DNA from: Paraphysomonas bandaiensis
Taxonomy: Eukaryota; Protista; Chrysophyceae
Length of the DNA: 64,000 nucleotides
Direction of reading: 5' to 3'
NCBI GenBank assembly: GCA_965644295.1
Contig: CBFFRP010000089.1
Coordinates: forward strand, 62,001-126,000
Part shown: in pieces, positions 49,646 to 62,808 of the stretch
Position numbering within the stretch: position 1 is the stretch's first letter
How the letters are laid out: every line of letters begins with the position of its first letter
Position numbers and translations under genes: made by a program
Notes under the pieces: model-generated
Databases searched by the model: none
What the model was told of the DNA's origin: nothing
What the model saw: the letters and a program-made list of their open reading frames with translations, nothing else

Positions 49646-50532
49646 AATATTTCGTATCTTGTAAGTGACTTAGACTGAATTCCTGACGTATAGTGTTGTC
49701 AGGACGATTCATAAATGCGCACTATCAAAATTGTTCATAGTTATTTTAATATTCTCATCTATTGTACTTCTCCTTGGTAATCATGGCCATTTATATAGTG
49801 TTATACATATACATAAATTGGGGATAAAATAACAAGTTTGTTAAGTTTTTTAAAATTTGTCTATACCAAGTTTGAAAAGTTATTTAATAGCTATTGGTTT
49901 CTATCATCCAATTCCTTATTCCATAGATCATTGCTTTATGACAGACGACAGACACTGTGTTCCTTATAAGTCGTCTCTAACCTCAAATTAGCTCAATGGA
50001 ATGTAAGTGCATGTGTTGTGTATGCATAGCAATCATCGGTGGACCTCAGAAAAAGTACCTAATATGGCCCACCGATGACAGAGTCGTAGCAAAAGTGATG
50101 TTGAGAAATTACACCCGGGGGATTACATGAAGTAGAATAATGAAACTCCACTACAATCAGAGAAAATATATTACATTTATATTTAAGACGGTCATAGGGG
50201 ACGATGCTCCTAATACCGAGGTATACAAGAATCAACAACGCCAAGTTAATTAATATCGATGGTTTATTAATAATGCGAAGTTGATGGGCTGTCGTTGCGT
50301 GGTTTTGTATTATCTACCGGAAATATATAAGGCTATATTTTCCCGGAGGTGAAATGGGTGTTCTATCGAACTAACATATTTTCAAAAAAATACGGTGATA
50401 AAGGACTATTCCTGAAATTAAAAAGTTTCCGTGATAAAATTACTTAACATTTGATAATTACTTCAATCGGAGATACCTATACATCCATTAAGCACTATGA
50501 TATCCCATGCGAAGTATCGCGATGCAGACTGA

Positions 50533-52083
50533 TTAGATACGCTGCTGATATTCACCAGCCTTGGACATGTACCTCACCCATCTGCTTGTCTGGTACGAGC
50601 TCTTCTCGTACACCTTAAGGAATCGCACCTGCAAGAACAGTCAAATATGAAACTAACAATTGAAAATCACCCACTTGAACCCCCGACACGGCCACCATTG
50701 GAATCTGGAAGTCAACACTGATTGGTGGGCGAGTCCACTGCTTCTCGCGGGTAGAGGGGACGAGATCCACATCGGCACTGAAAGTGGCCTCCGACTTGCC
50801 TGGCATACTCGAAATTCGCCAGACCAGAGCCCTCTCTCCGGGCTCATACCTGGCGCGACCTCGGGAAACATTGATACGAGCAGAGGCTGTAGATGTCGGG
50901 ACAGGAAATTTGATTACCATACTGGTTGCCTTGCGATCTTCCGCAAAGTCCGCATGCAACTGTTAAAGCGTGACAAATATTACAAACTGACAAGATGAAG
51001 CATGATTAGGCCACCTTGAGATTAATCAACAGCTTAGTTTTCCCTTCTTCCTTAACAGTGGGAATCAGACGGAATGGTTGCTGTGCCTGGGTAACACGGT
51101 ATCTCATTAGCTCGAACTCGCCGTCTGGGGGGATGAAAGTTATAGTGCGCTCAGAGTCGAATTTACCCAAGCGAACACACCTAGGCAACATTACCACATC
51201 CAGATGATACAGAGAAGAGGAAAGACTTACCTATGGAAGGTGCAATCATCGATCTCCACAGCACTTATTTTCTTACCCGATCTGGTGATAGCTGTGGCTC
51301 CAGTTCCTTCCTTCTCCATGATAAGTTTATCATTTAGACCGAACTTACATTCGGGCATTCCAGTAAGGAAGGCCTTCATCATGACCTTCCCGAATACTTC
51401 AGTGCGCAGGATAGCCCCAGTCGCTGAAGTGAGCAGACTGACTGTCTCATGAAGGTCAATGTAGACCTCATTCTTGCGGTATCGAATTCCCTCTCGTCTC
51501 CAGTCAATGGCACCGGTGATTTGAGAGGTCAGGGCAGCGCCTTCTTTCGACACACCCTCCTGGATAACAGACCCCAGGTTGATATACAACCGCAAAACAT
51601 CAATAGAACAGTTCTGTGGATAGCCATAGTCCATTGTTTCATCTAGCAACTCATATATAAGAGTAAAGCTGCCTTGAACAGATTCATCGTTAAAATCTTC
51701 TCCCAAGTAACTTTTCATTATTCTAACTTTCTGGAGTAAATACTCCAGTATCATTGCTGCATTGGGGTTGCCGCGCGTTGCGGCGACAAGATATATATTA
51801 CTGTGTCTAATATACATAAAAGTCACTCCGTCCATGTTGATAACTGGAGCATTCTGACCGGTTGCCTTCGAAATAATGATCTGTTCGTATATGAGTTAAT
51901 TCCAGGCCGCTGGAGGAAAACTATAATCACCTTATTTCTAAATGAATCGATGCTTGTCTTGGGAATGTCGGTCCTTCATTCAAACATCAGGGCATATAAC
52001 ACGATAGTTGTGAACCAATACCTGAAATGTCTAGATATAACAGGCTCTCCTTTCTGGTTAATCATAAACACAGCAGACGCCAT
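50533..52083 (-). CDS. AP2M1: AP-2 complex subunit mu
   Basis: [116 protein letters not shown]. Confidence 0.95.
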
Positions 52084-53033
52084 TGCAACACACCACACCA
52101 ATCAAACTACTCAGTGATCAATAAAAGTGAGGCTGAAAGCAACACTACCAGTTGATTCCAGTGAAGCAAGTGATTACAATGCAACCTTCCCGAAAGGGTT
52201 TATGCCTGCCTGTGTTGATAATACATACACGCAGAGCACAGGAATACATGAATCCGTCTGCTCAGCTCATATTATCTTTTTTTTTACATGTGTTTCATTT
52301 TGTTCACGATTTTTTTTCTGGCGGATATAGGGATATATCCCGAATAGACAACACATGTTTTCAGTTTTCTATGTGGGTATTCATTATACAGCACAGTATA
52401 TGCTCCATGCTATGAGGTCACTCGTACATACCATACGTACATGGACTGTGTAGGTATCAAAGCACGCACTATGATATCCATGTATAGCTACGAGTATATA
52501 TCACTTGACGATATGGTGAGCTCTATTTGAAGGAATATATATCACGTGGTGTGAACTTCAACTTTATCTTTGTTTTTATTACTATCTAGAAGAGATGCAG
52601 AGACTGCAACTCCGGAGGAGTTAGTTCACATACCTCTGAGGGTCCTTCTACTATTAGGATCTGAAAGGAGTGTGAATGCACACACACACTGTTGATATAT
52701 GTAGCTCATCCCCTGCGATGAGTGGATATGTTACGCTGATCTTATCTGGTGTCAAGAAGAGCGGTCTCTAGTCCGTACCTCTCTCATCATGCAGATCTAT
52801 CCAGACAAGTAGATCTACATGAAGGGATTCACTACACTGTGGTCGTATTGTGGTAATGTATCCAGCACTTGTCTCTCTATATATAATCTACAGGGCTGTT
52901 ATGGTATATGTATTCACCCCCATGATCGTAGTCATGTGAAATGACCTGTGAAGTGACCAGGTCATACCTATGAATGTGTATAACAACAGTATATGATACA
53001 TACATCTATACATACCACACATATCTATATAAG

Positions 53034-55071
53034 ATGTCCGACGATAGCGACTCCTGTAGGAGCCAAGAGGTATTCACCGCTATATTCCGCCATCACAGGC
53101 TTGAGGGAGTGGCGGAGAAGTTGCACAGGGTCGGTGTCCATAGTCTAGAGGGCGTTGAGGCTCTGCTAAGTGAATCCTCCTACTCTGAGGCTCTATCGCA
53201 GATCAAAGAGACCCTCTCTGAGGCTGAGTACAGACAGCTGTGTTTGTTGGCTCGATGGGGACGGGGCGGGACGTATGATGCGGCTGAAGTGATGGAAGGT
53301 AGGAAGAGCTGCAGACACAAACGACATCGTATTAGAATGACCCGACAGAAGATAGCAGGAATTAAAAGTACGAGCATCGTTGATTATTTCTTTGATTATA
53401 TGTTGTGAAGGTGTGACAAGAAGTCTCCGCGAAGTAGCGTCACTTGACTTTTGCATTGTACTCGACTGTACCGGATCTATGGCGCCATACCTGGATGTTG
53501 TGAAGGATCATATCGAGAAAGTTTTGGAGGATCTGGAGTCAATTCATCCGGATGTAAACCTTCGGCTTGCATTCATAGGTTACCGAGATCACGGTGATGG
53601 ATGTAAAAACCAAGAGGTCTTCAAATTTTCAAGGGACGTTGCGCGGTTCCGGGAGGTGATAGGAAGACAGAACGCGACAGGCGGAAATGATATGCCGGAA
53701 GACGTCATGGGTGCTCTCTATCAAGCAACACTGCTTCGATGGAAATCATCTACACGTGTACTGTGTCACATTTGTGACGCACCTTGCCATGGTACAGCAT
53801 ATCAGGAGCCCGGCGTAATTGATTTTTATCCGGATGGAGATCCCTATGGCCTCACCCCTGAAATCATTCTGCCCCGTTTGCTTAATATGGAAATAATTTA
53901 TTTCTTTTTAAACCTCAGTCCTGTTACAAACAGAATGGTTGGAAAATTCAACGACATCATGAGAGTGTACGTTGAGGGAGACATGGAGTACATCCGAAAG
54001 ATATCAATATCTGATCCGAGTGTCATGATGACAACTGTAACTGAGGTTTTAGCCAGAACAGTGAGTTCAGCATTGTCTACTTCGACTTCTGTATCTATAG
54101 ATACCTCATCTTCCTTTTCCAGCTCCGCCCGATCATCGTTTAAGAGTATCAATGCCACTCCAGTAAGCCCTGTGAATACTGACTTGTCTAAGTTAGAGGA
54201 GCACGTTGTACACGTCTATGAAATGGTTATACCGGAGTCCATCACTCAGATCACCACTGCTGCTGCAACCTCATCTTCAGGAAGAGATTTAAATGTTCTC
54301 TCAACGAGGTACATCACGCAGGCTGTGCGCATCTCACCGGATCCGTTCGCAGCCGGGGCGTTTAAGGAGGCATATATGGCGGAAGTGCGGCCTTGTTGCA
54401 CATCGCACTACGTATCTCCTCCGGAATCTCCACCGTGTTGTAGTAAATCATCAATATCCTCGCCACTGCCTGTATCGCCCATTGAGAACGAATTTAACAT
54501 ATGCAATACTGAGCATGTTCTGAAGCGACTGAAATGCGGAGACAATTGCAGGGCAAGCTATGAGAGCGGCCTGTCAGCTCACCGTGTTGCCGTGTTTCTA
54601 TCTCGGCTCTTCAACGACAGCAAACCTCCAACCTTTCCAGCAGTAGTCTATCATCCCGTGTCGCTGGTGTGCTTTACAAGTAAGGAGGGTGGTTTCTTTG
54701 CTACACTCGAGCAGCGGATAAGAGGCGACTTTGAGAAGTACAACACGAATTCAGGATGGGTGCCATATGGACCGACGGTCCGGGGAACTGATCATACTGT
54801 GGTACAAGCCTTCACCCACTGGACCTATGTTGTGACCTCTGGAGAGCTCTTAGTTGTAGACTGTCAAGGGGTGTTTAGTCAACAAGACAACAGTTTCTAT
54901 CTAACAGATCCAGCCGTACATTGTGCGACCAGTCTTCTTCGATTTGGTGGGACTAACCTTGGACGGGAGGGTATCGCACGCTTCCTTCATACTCACAAGT
55001 GTACATCTTGCTGTGAGGCACTTGGACTGGACAAAATTTATCATATCTCTGTGGAAAGCGTGGGTGGATAA
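53034..55071 (+). CDS. vWA-domain alpha-kinase (eEF2K/MHCK superfamily, VwkA-like)
   Basis: MIDAS DCTGSM, FIGYRDH, GGNDMPEDV, DAPCHG. Alpha-kinase FAAGAFKEAY, FEKYNTNSG, QAFTHWTY, LLVVDCQGV, LTDPAVH, FGGTNLG, HKCTSCC. One intron near 53368-53410. Confidence 0.92.
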
Positions 55072-55649
55072 AATTATATTCACACTACAGTCTGTTTTTT
55101 ATCGGTGTTGCTATTTCAATCGAGCAATTTACATAGTACATCTTGTAGTTCAATGATACCCTCGTTGTGCCTTTGAATCATGTTATTAAACGAAGCCACG
55201 AGTATGAATTGTAATGATTAAGTGTCTCCTTTTTGGATAAGGATTTTTGTTAATTGCACATAATGAACATGTGCCGTTAGGTGCGGATAGTAGAATAGGT
55301 TTTTGAATGTGTCCTCAAAATTTCATTTAATAAAGTGTTCAGGCAAGTATTTATCCCATCTTACAGTATTGTGTAATATGTAAGCTACTAAAATTAGGAA
55401 GAAGACTACATCAGCAGTTTATTATTTCAAGTTCAGATCATCCGTTATTGAAGTACTCAATTCATTAACTAGAGGTATTGATATTTACACATTTACACCA
55501 ATTAGCAGGGGCACGTTTCTCCTATATCGCAAGTGGCAAGTATACCAACATACCTGCTGTTATTAGAATATGGATCTTATTCTAGTATATTCAGTATGTC
55601 ACTTGAAGACAATGTACAAGAATACAGCGAAATATAGTGATGTACAAAT

Positions 55650-56644
55650 GCTGATGGTACGTCCAACTGATGCACATGCATATATGAAACATAAACGCTA
55701 TTGCTAGGACCAGTCGAATGGTTATCCTTTCACCACTGGAGCAAACGTGGACTGCTCCTCCTCCGTTTTCTCTTGTAGATTTCCTAATGCAACCAGCCAC
55801 GCTTTATATTTAACTATATTCCCCAGAACATCTCTCTTCACCGCGTGCACGTACTTTGCTCGCACCAACTTCACTCCCCGTGGAGTCCGCACAATCTTTA
55901 AGACACGTCTCTTCAGCAGTGAAGTCTTCTCCACCTTCCGAGCTTGTCTCCATTTCTCGTACTGTGGAGATCTCTCTGCCTCGGCATACGAGTCCGGTAT
56001 CTTGATATCCTCTGGACTCAATTCTGCATGTTTTAGTTTATTAGCAGTGTATGCATCACGTACCTCTACCATATTTATTTTCCCCAATACCGATGCATTT
56101 GCCAACCTACGCTGCAGCCGTTTCCGCCGTACACGACCATCACCATCTAGTTTAATAGGTCGTCGAGGTATATACGAACCCACACCGCACGATGAGCACG
56201 CACATATTGGGCGAAATAAATATGGTAGAGGTACGTGATGCATACACTGCTAATAAACTAAAACATGCAGAATTGAGTCCAGAGGATATCAAGATACCGG
56301 ACTCGTATGCCGAGGCAGAGAGATCTCCACAGTACGAGAAATGGAGACAAGCTCGGAAGGTGGAGAAGACTTCACTGCTGAGGAGACGTGTCTTAAAGAT
56401 TGTGCGGACTCCACGGGGAGTGAAGTTGGTGCGAGCAAAGTACGTGCACGCGGTGAAGAGAGATGTTCTGGGGAATATAGTTAAATATAAAGCGTGGCTG
56501 GTTGCATTAGGAAATCTACAAGAGAAAACGGAGGAGGAGCAGTCCACGTTTGCTCCAGTGGTGAAAGGATAACCATTCGACTGGTCCTAGCAATATAGCG
56601 TTTATGTTTCATATGCATGTGCATCAGTTGGACGTATCATCAGC
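55650..56644. repeat. ~440-bp inverted repeat (arms 55650-56089 and 56205-56644, 115-bp spacer)
   Basis: The arms are reverse complements. The ORF track gives the same peptide on both strands, differing at K/R in LL(K/R)RRV. Confidence 0.97.
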
Positions 56645-58076
56645 GTTTTGTTCTGCCGAATCGGATCTAGAGGTGGATGTTTATATGGCACCTCCACGTG
56701 ATGAGGAATTGCCAGCGGGGTGGTGCTTTCAATTGATCAAGGCATTATATGGATTGCGGTCTTCACCGCGGCAGTGGAATAAACATATTGACAAGTTTAT
56801 CAAATCGTTACATTTTACTGCTTGAATTTTAGATACATGCTTATATATGAGATGGAGCAATGGGTAATTGCATTTATTATTGATATATATGTTGATGATA
56901 TTATCATTGCATCTGCTGATCTCACCTACTTAGAAAGTGTTAAACGTAGGTTCTGCGAAACGTTGAGATGCACGATCTGGGTGTGTGCAAACGGTTTTTG
57001 AATATCAGAATCACGAGAGGTGAAGACTGGTACATGTTAGGTCAATCTGAATATGCCAAGAATATTGTCAAGAAATTCAGTTCGTTTATGGAAAAGAGCA
57101 GTAATAAGAACAAGGAGACTCCACTACCTACCAATGTTCAGGAATTGTTAGCAGAGGGCAACGTGAGCTGACAGAGGAGCAGAAGCAGTGGGTTGAATCA
57201 TTTCCGTATAACCTATTAGAGGGGAATTATTGGAGCGGTGTTGCATTTTTGGCGATTCATAGACTAGACCTGATCTGGCCTATGCTGTGGGGTTATTAGC
57301 TCGATTTAGTACTTGTCCAACATATGCAGCTTGCAGATTAGCTATTCATTTGTTGAAATATTTACCTGGTACAGTTTTGATGAGGGCATCAGATTCAGTG
57401 GTAGTGAGTTTGATTTACATGTATTCAGTGATTCCGACTGGGCTGGTGATAGGATGACTCGGCACAACGGGAAAATCGTGTTTTTATGTGCGGGCGCTTT
57501 GGTATGGCAGTCCAAGCTTCAGACCACAGTTGCGACTTCAAGCATGGAATCTGAGTATATGGCGGAGTATGCGGCTATATGCAAGAACTGGTGTGGCTTC
57601 GGGGGGTGTTCAAGAAGTTCGGACTCTTAGTAGCGAAGCCGACTCCATTCTTTATGGATAGTAAGAGTGCAAAGGATCTTTCAGAGAATCCAGTGTATCA
57701 TGAGAGGTCGAAGCATATTGCCATCAAGTATCACTGGATAAGAGAACATGTTAATGGAAAATTTCCTACAGCAAAGTTGATTCATGTATCTACGGATGAT
57801 ATGGCGGCCGATATTTTTACAAAGGCATTGCCGTCATGAGAAAACGATTACCGGGGTTAAGAGGGGTGTGTCAACCAGAGTGGAGGAGCAGCAGAAGAAA
57901 CGACCCCGAAGAGGTTAAACGTGTGTTTTAGTGGTGGGTGAAAACCCCACATAACTGTATATCGAGTTAACTGCTAGTTATATATATGTATTTTACCACT
58001 GGGACTAGATAGTCATAGCTAAAGATTATTGTGATCACTGTTGTTTTGTCTCACTGCATTCTACATTGAGTGAGAG

Positions 58077-58352
58077 TATTAGAATATGGATCTTATTCTA
58101 GTATATTCAGTATAATGTCACTTGAAAACAATGTACGAGAATACAGTAAAATATTATATAGTGATGTACCAATGCTTTGATGATATTGAGAAACTGAAAT
58201 AGCTTGATCTTTCAAGATATGTTTAGTAACGAGAGGTTCGCATATGTAGGATATTATGCGTGGAACAAAATGAGTTTGTGTTGTTTATCAATCTATCTAG
58301 TCTTACGACAAATTCTCTCTGTGATCTAGTGAATAATGAGCAATTTTCAATA
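58077..58352 (+). repeat. 3' LTR of the copia element (TATT...AATA termini; right end tentative)
   Basis: The first ~95 nt repeat 55561-55655. Putative end CAATA is followed by ACTGT versus GCTGT before the 5' LTR (4/5 TSD match). Confidence 0.6.
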
Positions 58353-58948
58353 ACTGTGTTAGAAATTGACATAACTGAACAACTGAACAACACTTTCACT
58401 CTATGGTGACATTATAAATTAGAGGCATAAAGTAACATATAATAACCTTATAATCAATATCACTAATCATTCACTGTCAATCGCTAAACTCATCGTGTCT
58501 CGACTACCAATCATTTCCACACTATCTTAGATATCACGCCTTTATACGGTCTATATGTTTCAGTCTCACTGCTATGATTCATGACATTAGTTCTCATAAT
58601 ACTTACACTACAGGTAACAACTTCTGTATTCTTCCATTAACAGTCATAATTCAAATATCTTCGAACTACAACTCAAATATCTTCAAATATCTTGCTCTCT
58701 AACAGCTAACAGCAAAACTCAACATACAACATACTGCAAAATAGAAAATAATATTCGTAGTATTTTTATAGTTCACAGTGCATTGAGAGATGTTAAAATG
58801 GTAGATATGTAATCTACAGTCCACGCATTATATCAACGTAATAGTTATAAGTTACAAGGAAATGAAGATTCGTAGAAATAGAAATACCTACTTTGGGACC
58901 AAGATGAAATATCAATACTAAATATATTTAATAAAAGCAACCATGATA

Positions 58949-59890
58949 CTATCGATTGTTTCCACTGCGGTCCGGATATACGCGTAACGATTTCACGAAA
59001 AAAGGTGTTTCTGGAATACGCTGTTCTACAGAGAAATTGTTTGGCTTCAGTATGCTAGGTTTCACTCGTTCTAAATTCCAAGGATGTTCATTGTGGTTAT
59101 CATAGTCTTCATTATACCCGTCGTCTTGACTGATCCTCGCACGCCTCCGGCGCTCAGAATAATACCGTCTGTAAACGTATCGTTCTTTTTTAGTTAGTCG
59201 ATGCATTTCATGAATTCCAGACTCACGAACGTCCGCACTTACAGGTCTCTGCCTCGACGCAGAAGAAACTAAAGTTCTAGTGTCTGTTTCCTGTGATCGT
59301 GTGAGACCAACGCGCAACACAAAATTACTCCCTGCGGCTAACCTACCGAAGAATTTTTCTTTAAGCACTCATCACAGATATTATTGCGTTGCGTCTCTTT
59401 CTTAGCTTGGGCATTATTAAACTTTTGCTTCGCATGGGCATCCCTTATTTCCTCTCTAATAGCCTTTTCAAGACGATCTACATCATTCTGAGTAACATCG
59501 GTAACTTCATATGACAAGAAGACGCCAACGTGTTTCTTTATTAAATGCTCCCTCTTTCTGCGCAAAGTGTCAGCTACGCAATAATATAAGCACATGGAAT
59601 CAGTCAGTGTCTTACTGGCCAAGTTTAAGAAGCAATCTCTGCACTAAAATGCTTCCAATACGATTCGTTCTGATTCTAATATCCTCTTTTCGCCTTATCA
59701 TTGCAGCTCGATGTTTACACATGCCCTGTACGAATGCATCAGACGCCACACGGCCCTGTTGAATGACCCTACCATAATACTCTTCGAGCCGACACTGACA
59801 GCCACTGGAGGGCGCATATGAGTCGATGTGCAGCCTGCCACTTGAATGGAAGGCATTGATCGGGTAGAGTGCCAACAGCACCACCAGCAA
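58949..59890 (-). CDS. Hypothetical basic protein (three exons; start uncertain)
   Basis: Three consecutive minus-strand ORFs joinable by GT-AG introns (~59615-59573 and ~59345-59292). No recognised domain. Confidence 0.55.
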
Positions 59891-60446
59891 GTGGGGATGT
59901 TTAGTTCGGATGGATGTTCCTATGCGAGTATCTAATCAGTGCAGTGAGATATGCGTATGTGGAGATCCAGAATATATGCGTATACGTACAGCATACAGCA
60001 GCATATACGTACATACACAGGTACAGGTGCAGTTCACCATATGTTGGAACTATTCTGTAACCGCTGTAGCCCGTGCGTTTATACGCGTAACCCGTGCATA
60101 TATCTATGTAACCCTTTGTACTGTATTTGACCAGCGGTCCACCATATGTACAAATACCGTATTACAACCGTATTCACTGTATTATCCATTTCATTCAACG
60201 GTATTATAAGTGCGACCATCCATACCATCACACTGTATTAGGTGTATACAGCGGTATATACCGTACCTGAGGCGAGGCAGTTGTGCAGTACACTCACAGT
60301 GTTAAGATCATGAACACCCCCCCCCCTGGACACACATACATACATACATAACAATATCATGTACAGGACTATACTCTCATTAAACTCAATATGAATCACA
60401 TCCTCGATTAACCCCCTATAATACTGGTGTTTCGGGACTATCTGAT

Positions 60447-62416
60447 ATGAGTTCAGACTTGTGTTTACCTGCCATAAACCACAGATCTCGCTCAGGTAGT
60501 GTGGATAGAGGTAATAAGACAGATAGAACCCGCATCCTTCCTCGCTGTCTCACTAAGATAGATGGGGATGGTAAAGTCTTAGAGTTCAGAGGGTTTCCGT
60601 GCTCTCTTGAGTTTGATGTTGGGGGTAAATATGGTAATATTGTCGTGAGTTCACGCACTCCGACTGTCTTAAAGGGCTGGAGAATAGTCGCTGTGAACGG
60701 AGGGTACACTCGTTATGGAAACACACTCGCTGCTATATCTGCTGCGCGAATGAAATCAAGGAAGTTTACTGTCACTTTTCGTTTTGGAGATGAGATATTG
60801 GAAGACCGCACAGCTGTGTCAGGTATGGATAACGCTGTGTGTATATTTAAGTTTACCAAATAATTTCTATCAATAAAGATAGAAAACAACTAGCAAAGTT
60901 TGATAATGAAAGAGTAGATATTGAAAGTGATCGAATGAATAGTGAGAGATTAGAGAGGGAAAGATTAGAAAGGGATAGGATTGAGAGAGAGAGGCTAGAG
61001 AAGGAAAGACTTGAGAGAGAGAAGTTAGAATGCGAAAGACTTGAGAGAGAGAAACTAGAGAAGGAGAGACTTGAGAGAGAGAGGCTAGAGAAGGAGAGAC
61101 TTGAGAGAGAGAGGCTAGAGAAGGAGAGACTTGAGAGGGAGAAACTAGAGAAGGAGAGACTTGAGAGAGAGAAGTTAGAATGCGAAAGACTTGAGAGAGA
61201 GAGGCTAAAGAAGGAGAGACTTGAGAGAGAGAAACTAGAGAAGGAGAGACTTGAGAGAGAGAGGCTAGAGAAGGAGAGACTTGAGAGAGAGAGGCTAGAG
61301 AAGGAGAGACTTGAGAGGGAGAAACTAGAGAAGGAGAGACTTGAGAGAGAGAAACTAGAGAAGGAGAGACTTGAGAGAGAGAAGTTAGAATGCGAAAGAC
61401 TTGAGAGAGAGAGGCTAGAGAAGGAGAGACTTGAGAGAGAGAAACTAGAGAAGGAGAGACTTGAGAGAGAGAAGTTAGAAAGGGAAAGACTTGAAAGAGA
61501 GAAGTTAGAAAGGGAAAGACTTGAGAGAGAGAAGTTAGAAAGGGAAAGACTTGAGAGAGAGAAGTTAGAAAGTGAAAGACTTGAAAGTGAGAATGCTACA
61601 CGTGTTCGTGTGAAGGCTGTTCAAGAAGCCACTGGGCTTCCTGCAAGGTAACATAGTTTCGTTTGTTGTGTCTGATTTTGTGTGATACATGTCCATAGGT
61701 CCAGTGTTGGTGACCCAACTACAGTGCTGTTTGCAGCGATGAGTGGTATAATGAAGGCATTTCCTGAAGGTACTGAGTTGTCAAAGGATGATAAAAATGC
61801 AGGCCCTTGCGATAAGTGCGATGGCCCTCACCACGAGTCCGCATGCCCTCACTTTCGAGGCAAACGCGAGAAACACAGGGACGCCACGGAAATGTATGAG
61901 AGGAAAAAGAAGGGTTCATGTGATTTTGAAGATTCCGAAGGTGGAGTGGCTTCCGGTGATATGATTGTGCATAGGGCTAGAGTAGTATCACAGCCTGGTG
62001 ATGGAAGCTGTCTCTTTCATAGCTTGTCGTATGGTTTAAATCGCGTGAGAAGGGGCCGTAGAGACGGGAAGGGGACTGAAACTGCGAGAACCTTACGTAG
62101 GGATCTTGAAAACTATATTAGCACACATTCAACGGAGTGTATTGGAGGCACGCCAATTGAGGATTGGATATTATGGGAATCCCAAACGAGTGTGGAGTCG
62201 TACACGAACCGCATGCGAGAAAGCAATGATTGGGGTGGAGCGATCGAGATTGCAGTATGTGCACGTGTAATGGGTGTTACAGTGGACGTGTATGAGAGAA
62301 TGGGGTCATCATTCAAACGAATATCACATTTTACCACTGACAACAAGGATGCGGCTGTAATTAATGTCTTATATTGTGGAAGGTGTCATTATGATGCACT
62401 TGAAACGCTTCGTTAA
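60447..62416 (+). CDS. OTU-family deubiquitinase with ERLE(K/R) repeat stalk and CCHC knuckle
   Basis: OTU motifs PGDGSCLFHSL, WGGAIEI, HYDAL. CDKCDGPHHESACP. Three ORFs joinable by two short introns. Confidence 0.85.
60944..61590 (+). repeat. Coding 15-bp tandem repeat encoding (E-R/K-L-E-R/K)n
   Basis: About 43 pentapeptide units, e.g. GAGAGACTTGAGAGA / GAGAAACTAGAGAAG, with higher-order blocks (the TGC variant recurs at 61031, 61181 and 61391). Confidence 0.95.
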
Positions 62417-62630
62417 GATTAGAATCATGAGATGAGTGTAAATATTCATTATTACAATAAAAATTCAATGTGTTTGAATTATGACCGTTAACAGTATAAC
62501 TATGGATACTATAATAGTAATTACAGTAGTGAACATGAAATATTCTGACCTTGTAATATCGCATGAAATGACATGAATTTGGTGAATGGCAACGAATGAT
62601 ATGAGAGATATTTCATATAACATATAATAT

Positions 62631-62808
62631 ATTGAAAGTCTTATCATTAGCAATAGCAGTTAAGAATCAGCACCAGCTTTTAGTAGCTAGATAAAAACTA
62701 GTCAAGCTAGATATACGTCTACCTGTAACTAACTAGTACAAACGTACAAACTCTACTATTTTACTATTTAACGCTACGGTAGCTGCTTGTACGTCGCCGC
62801 AAGCACCT
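62631..62808 (-). mobile_element. Diverged 3'-tail fragment of the non-LTR family
   Basis: Revcomp GGTGCTTGCGGCGACGTACAAGCAGCTACCGTAGCGTTAAATAGTA...GCTAATGATAAGACTTTCAAT. Confidence 0.8.

Larger units (their letters stand above)
55561..58352 (+). mobile_element. Rearranged, decayed Ty1/copia LTR retrotransposon
   Basis: RT QLDVSSAF, LIKALYGLRSSPRQWN, YVDD and RNase H FSDSDWAGD, SSMESEY, HERSKHIAIKYHWIRE, ADIFTKAL, with stops and frameshifts. LTR start TATTAGAATATGGATC at 55561 and 58077. Purine tract GAGTGAGAG before the 3' LTR. gag/protease/integrase not seen. Confidence 0.92.

Noticed and set aside
52470-52790. Possible small spliced gene between AP2M1 and the alpha-kinase
   Set aside because: Only short frames, with no recognisable motif or confident start.
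58357-58704. Possible solo LTR with TGTTAGA...TCTAACA termini
   Set aside because: No matching TSD and no second copy in the window.
60944-61590. Regular short repeats as a possible CRISPR array
   Set aside because: No unique spacers. It is an in-frame coding tandem repeat in a eukaryotic gene.
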